From Alphaproteobacteria bacterium (GTDB lineage: Bacteria; Pseudomonadota; Alphaproteobacteria; UBA828), in assembly GCA_963667785.2 (NCBI GenBank), contig CAXXMU010000002.1:128001-192000 (forward strand): a stretch of DNA of 64,000 bases, read 5' to 3'. The number at the start of each line of letters is the position of its first letter. The stretch's first letter is position 1. This document shows, piece after piece, positions 1 to 9,566 of this stretch. The translations under genes were made by a program, and so were the position numbers. Below the pieces are notes generated by a model. That model saw only the letters and a program-made list of their open reading frames with translations. It ran no database searches and had not been told where the DNA came from.

Positions 1-175
1 TGGAATCGTAATGGGTGCCGGACATTTGCATCACCGTTCGTTCGTCGGGCCGGGATTGTCACCGCGCCGCGGCAGCGGCACAAGGCCGCCCACGACCGGT
101 CGCCGCCCGGCATATACCCTGGATTCCTGAGCGCCCGCCTCGGGCTGCCGACTGCCGGGGAGGGGGAAAGCGCCG

Positions 176-1429
176 TTGGCTCGCCGCCGCTACCGCTTTC
201 TGAAGATCGCGCTGCCGCTGCTCACGGTCGTGTGCGCGGTGCTGGCGGTCGGCTATCTGCGGGCGACGAAGCCGGAGATCGAGCGCACCGGGCCGGCGGA
301 GCGGGAGCGCCCGATCGCCGCGGCGACGGTGCAGATCGCCGACATTCAGCCCTTCATCGAGGCCTTCGGCGAGGTGGTCGCGCAGCGCGACGTGGAGCTG
401 CGGGCGCTGGTGGCCGGGCCCGTGGTCGCGGTCGGCGAGAACTTCGTCAACGGCGGCACGGTGCGGGCGGGCGAGCTCCTGGTGGAGATCGATCCGTTCG
501 AGTACCGGGCCCGCGTGACGGAGGCGGAGGCCGCGCTGGCCGAGGCGCGGGCGCTTCTGGCGGAGACGGCGGCGGAGCTCGGCGCGGAGGAGGCGGGGCT
601 CGTCGAGGCGCGGACGCAGCTCTCGCTGGCCGAGCGCGAGCTGGCGCGCCGCGAGGATCTCCTCGCGAAGGGGACGGCCGCGCAGAAGACGGTCGACGAC
701 GCGCTGGTGCGACGGAGCGAGCGGACGCGCGCGGCGACGGCCACGGCGCAGCGCGCGGCGGGCCTTCGCGCCCGCATCGCCCGTCAGGAGGCGGTGATCG
801 CCCGCAGCGAGGTGGCGCTGGAGCGGGCCGGGCGCGACCTCGCGAACGCGCGGCTGGTGGCGCCCTTCGACGGCTATCTGACCGGGGTCACCGCGGCGCT
901 CGGCAAGCGTCTCGGCGTGAACGACCGGGTGGTGCGCCTGCTGGACCAGGCGCGCCTCGACATCCGGATCCACCTGAGCGATGCGGACTATGGCCGGCTG
1001 GTGTCGTCGGCGGCCGGTCTTCGCGGGCGTCCGGTGGAGGTGACCTGGCGTGCGGGCGAGCGGAACTTTCCCTTCCGCGCGGTGATCCAGCGGGCAGACG
1101 GCGAGGCGGATGCGGCGAGCGGGGGCATCCGGGTCTATGCGCGGATCAGCCAGGGCGCGGCCGAGGTGCCGCTGCGTCCCGGCGCGTTCGTGGAGGTGCG
1201 CATCCCCGACCGGGTGTACCGCGCTGCCGCGCGTCTGCCGGAGACCGCGCTCGTGAACGGCGACACGGTCTATGCCGTTGTCCAGGGCCGGCTGGAGCCG
1301 CGTCGGGTCACCCTGCTGGCGCGCGTGGGCAACGATGTGGTGGTCTCGGGCGCCATCGCCGACGGTGAGCCCATCGCCACCACCCGCTTTCCCGAGATCG
1401 GACCGGGCGTCAGGGTCGAGGTGCGATGA
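176..1429 (+). CDS. RND efflux periplasmic adaptor (membrane fusion protein)
   Basis: N-terminal TM anchor, lipoyl-like halves (GGTVRAGELLVEID; LVAPFDG), long coiled coil, LRPGAFV motif; overlaps the start of the RND permease. Confidence 0.9.
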   Translation: MARRRYRFLKIALPLLTVVCAVLAVGYLRATKPEIERTGPAERERPIAAATVQIADIQPFIEAFGEVVAQRDVELRALVAGPVVAVGENFVNGGTVRAGELLVEIDPFEYRARVTEAEAALAEARALLAETAAELGAEEAGLVEARTQLSLAERELARREDLLAKGTAAQKTVDDALVRRSERTRAATATAQRAAGLRARIARQEAVIARSEVALERAGRDLANARLVAPFDGYLTGVTAALGKRLGVNDRVVRLLDQARLDIRIHLSDADYGRLVSSAAGLRGRPVEVTWRAGERNFPFRAVIQRADGEADAASGGIRVYARISQGAAEVPLRPGAFVEVRIPDRVYRAAARLPETALVNGDTVYAVVQGRLEPRRVTLLARVGNDVVVSGAIADGEPIATTRFPEIGPGVRVEVR

Positions 1430-4400
1430 CGCCCACCGGTGGCGGTGTGATCGCGCTGTTCACGCGCCACCGCACGGCCGCCAACCTCGTGATGGTGCTG
1501 ATGATCCTGTTCGGCGTGCTCGGGCTCGCGCGCATGAACACCCAGTTCTTCCCCACCTTCGACGTCGAATGGGTCTCGGTCGGCGTGACCTGGCCCGGCG
1601 CCAGCGCCGAGGACGTGGATACCAACATCGTCGCGGCGATCGAGCCGGAGGTCCGCTTCCTCGACGGGGTCAAGCGCGTCTTCTCGCAGTCCGTGGAGGG
1701 TGTCGGCTCGGTCGTCGTGGAGTTCGAGCCGGGAACGAATCTCGATACGGCGCTGGCCAACGTCGAGAACGCCGTGGACCGGGTCGAGACGCTGCCGGAG
1801 AACGCCGAGAAGCCGGTCGTCAACCGCCTCTACTTCTACGAGAGCATAGGCAATATCGTCGTCTCGGGCCCGTTCTCCGAGGCGGCCCTGCGGGCCCACG
1901 CCAAGGACATCCGCGAGCGTCTCCTTGCCGCCGGCGTCGACAAGGTCGACCTCTTCGGCAGCCGGCGCGAGGAGATCTGGGTCGAGGTCGGCGAAGGGCG
2001 CCTGCGCCAGCTCGACCTCACGCTCGGCGATATCGCGGCGCGGATCGGCACGAGCTCGACCGACCTGCCTTCCGGCATCGTCCCTGCCGGCACCAACAAG
2101 CAGATTCGCAGCCTGGGCCTCGCCAGATCGGCCGAGGAGATCGGCCAGGTCGAGATCGTTGCGCGCGAGGACGGGGCCAAGGTGCACCTCCGCGACATCG
2201 CGTCGGTCAGCGAACAGTTCAACGAGCGGGACGCGATCGCCTTCAGGGCCGGCTACCCCGCCATCGAGCTGCAGGTGCGCCGCGCGAGCACGTCCGATTC
2301 GCTGGAGCAGGCCGGCATACTCGATGCCTTTCTCGAGGAGTTGCGGCCGACGCTGCCGCCGACTCTGGTGGTCGAGCACTACGACGATGCGGCGGAGCTG
2401 ATCGACGACCGCATCGACATGCTGCTCCGCAACGGCGCGAGCGGGCTGGCCCTGGTGGTGCTTGTGCTGTTCATCTTCCTGAGCACGCGGGTCGCCTTTT
2501 GGGTCACGGTCGGCATCCCCGTCTCGCTGCTCGCCACCCTCGGCGTGATGATGCTGACCGGCCAGACCATCAACATGGTGAGCCTGTTCGCGCTCATCAT
2601 GGCGATCGGCATCATCGTGGACGATGCCATCGTGGTCGGCGAGCACGCGGTGACCCAGCGCACCGCGGGCGCCGGACCGGCCGACGCGGCGGAACTCGGC
2701 GCGCGGCGCATGTTCGCGCCGGTGATGGCGGCGACGCTCACCAGCATCGCCGCCTTCCTGCCGCTCTTCATGGTCTCGGGTCAGATCGGCGAGATCATCG
2801 GCGCCATTCCGCTCGTGATCGTGGCCGTCCTCGTCGCGAGCCTGATCGAGTGCTTCCTCGTGCTGCCCGGCCATCTGCGTATCGGTCTCAAGGCCGATCC
2901 GCGCGGGGAGAACCGGTTCGCGCGATGGTTCAACCCGCGCTTCGAGGCCTTCCGCGACGGGCTGTTCGCCCGCATCGTGCGGGGCTGCGTGGCCTGGCGG
3001 TACCTCACGGTGTGTGTCGCGATCGGTCTGCTGCTGGTATTCATCGGCCTGGTCGCCGGCGGGCGCATCTCCTTCGTCTTCTTCCCCTCGCCGGAATCGG
3101 ATTCCGTGCTCGCCAACGTCATCTTCGTCGAGGGCACCAAGCGGGAGACCACGATCGCCATGGTGGACGAGCTCGGGCGGGCGCTGGACGAGGCCGAGCT
3201 CGCGCTCACCGACGGCGCCGGCGGCCTCGTGGCGATGAGCCTCGGCCAGGTGGGCAAGCCGGCGTCCCGTCCCAACACCTTCTTCCTCGGCACCGGCGAC
3301 CACGTGGGTGCCATGCGGGTCGAGCTGCAGCCCTCGGACCGGCGCACCATACGCACCCAGGCGCTGGTCGAGGAATGGCGCAGCCGGATACGACCGCTGC
3401 CGGGGCTGGAGACCATGACGATCCTCGAGCGCCAGGCCGGGCCGCCCGGTCGCGAGATCGACATTCGCATCGCGGGCGACGAGGTGCAGGCGCTCAAGGC
3501 GGCGGCGGGCGAGGTGCGCACGCTGCTCGCCCGCTTCCCCGGCGTGAGCGACATCGAGGACAACACGCCCTACGGCAAGCAGGAGGCGATCCTGACCGTG
3601 AACGCGCGCGGCCGTGCCCTCGGCTTCACCACCGAGAGCGCCGCGGGCCAGGTGCGCGCCGCCTTCGAGGGCGTGATCGCGCGGCGCTTCGCGCGGGGCG
3701 ACGAGGAGGTCGCGATCCGCGTCCGCCTGCCGCACGACGAACTCACCGAAGGCGATCTCCGACGCTTCTACCTGCGCAGCCCCGGCGGAGTCGAAGTGCC
3801 GCTCTCCGAAGTGGTCGACTTCGACGAGGCGACCGGATTCGCGAGCATCCGCCGCGAGGACGGCCAGCGCACGATCGCCGTCACGGCGGAGATCGACGAA
3901 TCGGTCACCAACACCGACGAGGTGATCGGCGCGCTTCAGGCCGAGGGTCTGCCGGAGATCGCGCAGAAGCACGGTGTCGGCGTCCTGCTGCGCGGCAAGG
4001 CCGAGGAGCAGGCGACGACCATGGGCGACATGATGACCGGCGCCACGGTCGCCCTGGTTGCGATCTATCTCATCCTGGCCTGGGTGTTCTCCAGCTACAC
4101 CCGCCCGCTCTTCGTCATGGCGGTGATCCCCTTCGGCGCGGTCGGCGCGGTCTTCGGCCACTACGTGCTCGGCTACGACCTCACCGTGCTGAGCATGATG
4201 GCGCTGCTCGGGCTCAGCGGCATCGTGGTCAACGATTCGATCATCCTGGTGCGCGCCATCCAGGATCGCCTCAATGCCGGCGAGGCGCCGATGGAGGCCT
4301 TGGTGGGCGGTGCGCGGGACCGCCTGCGCGCGGTCATTCTCACCTCGGTGACGACGATCTTCGGCCTCACGCCTCTGCTCTTCGAGACCAGCCTTCAGGC

Positions 4401-4599
4401 GCAGTTCCTGAAGCCCATGGCGGTGACCATCGTCTTCGGCCTGCTCGGCGTGACCCTGATCGTGCTGATCCTGGTGCCGAGCCTGCTCGCCATCCAGGAC
4501 GATCTGGCCGCCCTCTTCGGCCGCAGGACCGCCGCGAGCGAGGGGAGTGCTGCGGACGACGGCCCGCCCCGCCTGCAGCCAAGCGCGGGCGACGGTTGA
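1426..4599 (+). CDS. RND efflux transporter permease (AcrB/AcrD/AcrF family)
   Basis: 1057 aa; AANL N-terminus, GIIVDDAIVVGE, GIVVNDSI and RLRAVILTSVTT motifs; two periplasmic domains. Confidence 0.95.
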   Translation: MTPTGGGVIALFTRHRTAANLVMVLMILFGVLGLARMNTQFFPTFDVEWVSVGVTWPGASAEDVDTNIVAAIEPEVRFLDGVKRVFSQSVEGVGSVVVEFEPGTNLDTALANVENAVDRVETLPENAEKPVVNRLYFYESIGNIVVSGPFSEAALRAHAKDIRERLLAAGVDKVDLFGSRREEIWVEVGEGRLRQLDLTLGDIAARIGTSSTDLPSGIVPAGTNKQIRSLGLARSAEEIGQVEIVAREDGAKVHLRDIASVSEQFNERDAIAFRAGYPAIELQVRRASTSDSLEQAGILDAFLEELRPTLPPTLVVEHYDDAAELIDDRIDMLLRNGASGLALVVLVLFIFLSTRVAFWVTVGIPVSLLATLGVMMLTGQTINMVSLFALIMAIGIIVDDAIVVGEHAVTQRTAGAGPADAAELGARRMFAPVMAATLTSIAAFLPLFMVSGQIGEIIGAIPLVIVAVLVASLIECFLVLPGHLRIGLKADPRGENRFARWFNPRFEAFRDGLFARIVRGCVAWRYLTVCVAIGLLLVFIGLVAGGRISFVFFPSPESDSVLANVIFVEGTKRETTIAMVDELGRALDEAELALTDGAGGLVAMSLGQVGKPASRPNTFFLGTGDHVGAMRVELQPSDRRTIRTQALVEEWRSRIRPLPGLETMTILERQAGPPGREIDIRIAGDEVQALKAAAGEVRTLLARFPGVSDIEDNTPYGKQEAILTVNARGRALGFTTESAAGQVRAAFEGVIARRFARGDEEVAIRVRLPHDELTEGDLRRFYLRSPGGVEVPLSEVVDFDEATGFASIRREDGQRTIAVTAEIDESVTNTDEVIGALQAEGLPEIAQKHGVGVLLRGKAEEQATTMGDMMTGATVALVAIYLILAWVFSSYTRPLFVMAVIPFGAVGAVFGHYVLGYDLTVLSMMALLGLSGIVVNDSIILVRAIQDRLNAGEAPMEALVGGARDRLRAVILTSVTTIFGLTPLLFETSLQAQFLKPMAVTIVFGLLGVTLIVLILVPSLLAIQDDLAALFGRRTAASEGSAADDGPPRLQPSAGDG

Positions 4600-4686
4600 T
4601 CGCCGCTCCGATCGCGACTACACAGCGCGCGCACCGTCGGCGGGTCTTCCCGCCGGGGGGGGCGACAGGAACGGGGAGGAGCGGGC

Positions 4687-5904
4687 GTGAACGGTATCCT
4701 CAAGGGCTTGCGCGTGGTCGAGGGCTCGGCCTTCGTCGCCGCCCCGCTCGGCGGCATGACGCTGGCCCAGATGGGAGCGGACGTGATCCGCTTCGATCCG
4801 CTCGGCGGCGGCCTCGACTACCGGCGCTGGCCGGTCACGCCGGAGAACGAGAGCATCTACTGGGCCGGCATGAACAAGGGCAAGCGCTCCTTCGCGGTCA
4901 ATCTGCGCGAGGCCGAAGGGCGCGAGCTGGTCGCCGCCCTCATCGCGGCGCCGGGGCCCGAGGCCGGCATCTTCCTCACCAACCTCCAGGTCGGCGACTG
5001 GCTCTCCTACGAGACGCTCCGCGCCAGGCGCGCCGATCTCATCATGCTCCGCATCATCGGCAACCCGGACGGCACGGTGGCGGTCGACTACACCGTGAAC
5101 GCCCGTATGGGCTGGCCCTTCGTGACCGGGCCGGCGGAGCTCGACGAGCCGGTCAACAACGTGCTCCCGGGCTGGGACCTGACCTGCGGGCTCACCGCCT
5201 CGATCGGCCTGCTCGCCGCCGAGCGCCACCGCAGCCGCACCGGCGAGGGGCAGGAGATCAGGCTCAGCCTCGCCGATGTCGCCTACCACATCACCGGCTC
5301 CCTCGGTTACATCGGCGACGTCGAGATCAACGGCGCCGAGCGGCCGCGCATCGGCAACGACATGTACGGCACCTTCGGCGGCGACTTCGCCACGCGCGAC
5401 GGCCGCCGGGTCATGCTGGTGGTGGTGACGCCGCGCCACGTCAGGGCGCTGGGGCAGGCGAGCGGGCTGACGGAGACCTTCGCCGCCATCGAGGCGGAGC
5501 ACGGCGTCGACCTCGCCGACGAGGCCGACCGCTGGATCGTGCGCAGGGAGCTCCGCGCGGCGCTCGAGCCCTGGTTCGCCTCGCTCGACCTGGACGAGAT
5601 CGGCACCCGCCTCACCGAGGCCGGCGTGCTCTGGGGGCCGTTCCGCAGTCACCGCCAGATGGTGGCGGAGGACCCCTTCTGCACGACCGAGAACCCCCTG
5701 TTCCAGAGGATCGATCAGCCGGGAATCGGGCCTCTGCTCACGCCGGGCTCGCCGCTGGATTTCGCCGCCGCGCCGCGCAGGGCGGTCAAGCCGGGGCCCC
5801 GGCTCGGCGAGCATACCGACGAGATTCTGGCAGACGTGCTGGGTCTCGGTGACGGCGCCATCGGCGCGCTGCACGAGCGCGGCATCGTCGCCGGGCCGGC
5901 GTAG
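4687..5904 (+). CDS. mct: Mesaconyl-CoA C1:C4 CoA transferase (2-methylfumaryl-CoA isomerase), family III CoA transferase
   Basis: N-terminus GILKGLRVVEGSAFVAAPLGGMTLAQ, DYTVN, catalytic LPxWD and PRLGEHTDEIL closely match Chloroflexus Mct as recalled. Confidence 0.8.
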   Translation: MNGILKGLRVVEGSAFVAAPLGGMTLAQMGADVIRFDPLGGGLDYRRWPVTPENESIYWAGMNKGKRSFAVNLREAEGRELVAALIAAPGPEAGIFLTNLQVGDWLSYETLRARRADLIMLRIIGNPDGTVAVDYTVNARMGWPFVTGPAELDEPVNNVLPGWDLTCGLTASIGLLAAERHRSRTGEGQEIRLSLADVAYHITGSLGYIGDVEINGAERPRIGNDMYGTFGGDFATRDGRRVMLVVVTPRHVRALGQASGLTETFAAIEAEHGVDLADEADRWIVRRELRAALEPWFASLDLDEIGTRLTEAGVLWGPFRSHRQMVAEDPFCTTENPLFQRIDQPGIGPLLTPGSPLDFAAAPRRAVKPGPRLGEHTDEILADVLGLGDGAIGALHERGIVAGPA

Positions 5905-5911
5905 GCGCGGG

Positions 5912-6475
5912 TCAGACGCCCTCGACCAGCACCGCCTCGATCGGGGCTAACCCGATGACCTGCGCCCGCGCCCTCCGGGAGTCGTCCGACCTGATCCACG
6001 CCCGCGCTTTCGCGGCGCTGTCGAACTCCAGAACCGACACGCTGTCGCCGGGCCAGCTTCCCTCCCTGATCTCGAGCGTTCCCCCGGCGACGAGGACCCG
6101 CCCTCCGGCGGCTGCGGCTACGACGAGCTCGAGGTCGACTGCCGCATGGCAGACGACCAGATAGACGCTGCCCTCGCCCCTCGCGTCGCCGTCGCCATCA
6201 AGCAGGACGACGTTCCCGGTGGATGCCTGGTGGCGGATGGCGCGCGCTTCCACGTAGGCGGGCGACTCGTACCAGGCAGCGGCCCGCGCGGGGCTGTCGA
6301 ACTGAAGCAGCACCAGCCGCCCCGGCGTCCACGGGCCCTCGATCACCTCGTGCTCCCCGCCGCGCACGAGGAAGCGCCCGTCGAAGGCCGCGATGGTGTC
6401 CGGCGTCAGCGCCCGGTAGCCGGCATAGGTCTCCGGATCGGTGACGGTGACGTCGGCGATCACATAGCCTGGCAC
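5912..6475 (-). CDS. Tandem DUF1330 domain protein
   Basis: GTG start at 6475; GYVIADVTVTD..Y..Y, GRFLVRGG..EVIEG, F.S...A.AWYESPAY; second degenerate copy in the C-terminal half. Confidence 0.8.
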   Translation of the reverse strand: MPGYVIADVTVTDPETYAGYRALTPDTIAAFDGRFLVRGGEHEVIEGPWTPGRLVLLQFDSPARAAAWYESPAYVEARAIRHQASTGNVVLLDGDGDARGEGSVYLVVCHAAVDLELVVAAAAGGRVLVAGGTLEIREGSWPGDSVSVLEFDSAAKARAWIRSDDSRRARAQVIGLAPIEAVLVEGV

Positions 6476-6486
6476 GGCGGGCACCC

Positions 6487-8736
6487 TCAGAAGGGTTCCG
6501 GGTCGGCGAAGCGGCGGAGCACGTTGGTCGTGAGCTTCGCGATGTTGTTGTCGTAGCCTTTCCACGGCAGGCTCGCGGGGTAGCAGATGGAGCCCACGGA
6601 GAACACAGCGCCGCCGTTCGGCGTCTCGTAGAAGACCATGTCGGCCCGCACCTTCTCGTGCTCGGTGCCGCCCATGCCGGAATGGTTCACCAGCATCTCC
6701 TCGTTCACCACCAGGTAGAGATCGGTGTGGTTCTCTGAGCGCGCGAGGATCAGCGCGTGCGGGGGCGTGCCGAGCCGGGGGTCGGCGGCATCGAGCTCGT
6801 TGCCGGCGGCACCCTCGCCGTGGAAGCCGAAATCGCCGATCACCTCGTCCTCGATCCCCTCGAAGACGAAGCGCGCGCGGGGGTCGCGGCTATCCGGTGT
6901 GCGTCGGTAGTAGGAAGACTTGTCGAAGCCCTCGGCGACGAAGCCGACGCCCGAGAGCCGCTGCGGCGCGGTATCGCCCTGGTGGCGCCAGAGCCCGCCA
7001 TACTCGCCGGTGAAGCTGTGATAGTACTCGCCGGGGTCGGCCTCCCAGGTGCGGATCGCGGCCTCGCAGCGGCGCACCTCGATCACGCCCGGCAGCTCCC
7101 GGTGCATCGCCACCCGCCAGTAGAAGCCGTTGCCGCCGAGATACATGAGCCGCCCGCCCTGCTGGGTGAATCCGTGGACGGCATCGCGCATGGCCTTGGA
7201 GTAGTACTCCGGGTGGCCGCCGGTGATCAGCACGTCGTAGGACCCGAGCAGGTCGATGCCCTCGCGGTGGACGTCCTCGTCGGTGATGACGTCGTGCTCG
7301 AAGCCGAAGTGGGTGAGCCAGTCCACCACGTACATGTCGAGGATGAACTCGCGCGCGTTCGTGGCGTCCTCGCCGGCGCAGGCCCAGGGGGTCTCCACCT
7401 TCGGCCGCATGTTGAGGATCGGCCGCAGCCGCGACGAATAGCAGATGCCGCTGCCGTCCGAATGGGTGTCGTAGAGCGAGGCGCCGTACTCGCGACGCTG
7501 GTTGAGGAAGAGCTGGTTGGGATTGAGCGTCGGCAGCTGGCCGGTGAGAAGCTCGGCGAGCGCGCCGTCGAATGCCATGTGCTCGTTGGCATAGGCCATG
7601 TACTCGACCGTCGGCAGCAGGAAGGCGATGCGCGCCTCCTTGCCAGGCGCCGGTAGCACCACGAAGGGCACGTATTCCTCCGCGTCCCGGGCCCGGAGCC
7701 GCGCGGCGTAGACCCCGCTCGCGGCGCGGGCCGGCACCGTCCATTCGAAGTCGACCTCCCAGCCGGCGTCGTAGAGGTCGTCGTCGTGGAAGTGGATGGC
7801 GCCGTACTCGTGCCGGGCGTGGCGCCAGCACATCTCCTCGCCGGAGAAATTCCAACCGGTCATGCCGCGTGCCGGCAGGTTGACGATCTCGCCGTGACAG
7901 TGGTGGGAGGAGCGGTCCGAGATCTTCACCGACGTGATGTCGCGCGAGAAATCCCAGGCGCAGAGGATGTCGGGCGCGATGGAGGCGGGGACTGCCTCGT
8001 TCCGCACGCGCTCGATCTCGAGCCGCTCCAGAGCGCGGCCGACCAGCCGGGGCGAATCGATCTTGCCGTTGTAGAGACCGTCGACCAGCACGCGCCCCTT
8101 CTGCCGCCGCCTGAAGGTGCCGGCCATGACGACGGGCGCGCCGCATCCGGCTGCGGCCGGCCCGACCTTGCGCGACGCCGTGCCGCTGTCGTCCACGCGC
8201 GCATAGGGCTGGAGCGGCTCCTGATGCACGGTGACCGTGTTGCTGCCTGCGTCGTAGCTGGCGGCGGCGAGATACCAGTGGCGCTCCAGCAGCGGCTTGC
8301 CCACCGAGACCGTTTCGACCGTGCCGTCCGCGAGGCCCAGCCTGAGCGCGACCGAGCCCTCGTCGTCGATCACCAGGGCGAAGCCCGTGCGGCTGCGCGA
8401 GTCCCACTTGGTGACGATGCCCTGTTCGCCCTTGCCGGGCGTGGTCGGCCAGATCATCGCCTGCACGGTGAAGCTCTCGAGGGTCTCGAGCAGCGGCCGG
8501 CTCTCCACCAGCGCGTAGGAGCCCGCGTGAATGGCCTGCCGGCGCCCCTTGTGGCGCTTGCTCACCGGCGTGGGGATCGCCCGTTCCTTGAAGCCGGGGC
8601 CGGAGGGGGAATCGTCGGCGCAGATCAGGCGCACGATGTCCGCCCGGTAGCTCGGGTGCTCGCAGTTGACCATGAACCTGATGGTCTCGCCCGGTCTCGC
8701 GCTGAGCCGGTCGGAATAGCCGGTGATCGTCAACAT
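6487..8736 (-). CDS. dmfA2: N,N-dimethylformamidase large (beta) subunit family protein
   Basis: ATG at 8736 with GGAGG RBS; GYSDRLS.RPGE, YMAYAN, SLYDTHSDG, HPEY, LGGNGFYW, ADMVFYETPNGGAVFS motifs. Confidence 0.88.
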   Translation of the reverse strand: MLTITGYSDRLSARPGETIRFMVNCEHPSYRADIVRLICADDSPSGPGFKERAIPTPVSKRHKGRRQAIHAGSYALVESRPLLETLESFTVQAMIWPTTPGKGEQGIVTKWDSRSRTGFALVIDDEGSVALRLGLADGTVETVSVGKPLLERHWYLAAASYDAGSNTVTVHQEPLQPYARVDDSGTASRKVGPAAAGCGAPVVMAGTFRRRQKGRVLVDGLYNGKIDSPRLVGRALERLEIERVRNEAVPASIAPDILCAWDFSRDITSVKISDRSSHHCHGEIVNLPARGMTGWNFSGEEMCWRHARHEYGAIHFHDDDLYDAGWEVDFEWTVPARAASGVYAARLRARDAEEYVPFVVLPAPGKEARIAFLLPTVEYMAYANEHMAFDGALAELLTGQLPTLNPNQLFLNQRREYGASLYDTHSDGSGICYSSRLRPILNMRPKVETPWACAGEDATNAREFILDMYVVDWLTHFGFEHDVITDEDVHREGIDLLGSYDVLITGGHPEYYSKAMRDAVHGFTQQGGRLMYLGGNGFYWRVAMHRELPGVIEVRRCEAAIRTWEADPGEYYHSFTGEYGGLWRHQGDTAPQRLSGVGFVAEGFDKSSYYRRTPDSRDPRARFVFEGIEDEVIGDFGFHGEGAAGNELDAADPRLGTPPHALILARSENHTDLYLVVNEEMLVNHSGMGGTEHEKVRADMVFYETPNGGAVFSVGSICYPASLPWKGYDNNIAKLTTNVLRRFADPEPF

Positions 8737-8915
8737 GCCGCGCCTCCGCGCTGCGCCACGCTTGCTTGCCGCGAGCATAGTCAGCGCCCGGCAGGCGAAC
8801 AACCGAGGGGCCGGGCTGCCGCCCGTGCGAGGCGGGCGCAGGATGTGCGAGAGTGGCGGACGGCCGGGCAGGGGAGTCGCTGCCGCGGCCGCAGCCGGAA
8901 CGAAGAGAGGGAACG

Positions 8916-9539
8916 ATGGCGACGCTGATACTCCACGGGATACCGCTGAGCACCTACGTCCGGACATGCCGCATGGCGTTCTTGGAGAAGGGCGTGCCCT
9001 ACGAGCTCGATCCGCTCATGCCGCAATCGCCCGAGCAGAAGGAGAAGCAGCCCTGGGGCTCGGTGCCGGCTATGACCCACGGCGACGTGCGCATGTACGA
9101 GACGCTGGCGATCTGCGGCTATGTCGACCGCCTGTTCGACGGCCCGCCCGTGCTGCCGGAAGACCCGCTCGCCAACGCCCGCTGCCTGCAGTGGACGTCG
9201 GTCTTCATCCAGTATCTCTACCGGCCGGCGATCGACATCGTCCTGCAGCGTCTGATCGTGCCCGCACAGGGTGGCGAGCCCGACGAGGCGTTGGTGGCGA
9301 GCAGCGTGCCCAAGTCCGACAAGGCGCTCGGCGCGCTCGATGGCGCGCTGGACGGGCAAGCCTGCTTCGCCGGCGGCGACGCATCGCTCGCCGATTACAT
9401 GGTGCTGCCCGTTCTCCACTATCTGAAGATGACGCCGGAGGGCGAGAACCTGCTCGCGCCGAGGGCCAATCTCGCCCGCTGGCAGGCCGCCATCGACGAG
9501 CGCCCGAGCGCGGTGGAGACGCTGCCCGACCTGGGCTGA
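8916..9539 (+). CDS. Glutathione S-transferase family protein
   Basis: STYVRT, PWGSVPAM, YETLAICGY, SLADY motifs; ATG at 8916 after GAGAGG. Confidence 0.88.
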   Translation: MATLILHGIPLSTYVRTCRMAFLEKGVPYELDPLMPQSPEQKEKQPWGSVPAMTHGDVRMYETLAICGYVDRLFDGPPVLPEDPLANARCLQWTSVFIQYLYRPAIDIVLQRLIVPAQGGEPDEALVASSVPKSDKALGALDGALDGQACFAGGDASLADYMVLPVLHYLKMTPEGENLLAPRANLARWQAAIDERPSAVETLPDLG

Positions 9540-9566
9540 TCCGGCCGCGCCCGCCGGCCCGTGTCG

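Noticed and set aside
1-31. Possible start of a minus-strand gene (MQMSGTH...) running off the left edge
   Set aside because: Only 10 codons visible; cannot be supported.
4655-4662. G8 tract upstream of mct as a phase-variation switch
   Set aside because: Short, intergenic, expected at this GC content.
1270-5852. Very long alternative-frame and antisense ORFs (e.g. 1272..5852 +, 1270..4161 -, 56154..59270 -, 46135..48627 -)
   Set aside because: Shadow ORFs typical of high-GC DNA; Arg/Gly/Pro-rich or antisense to well-supported genes, with no motifs.
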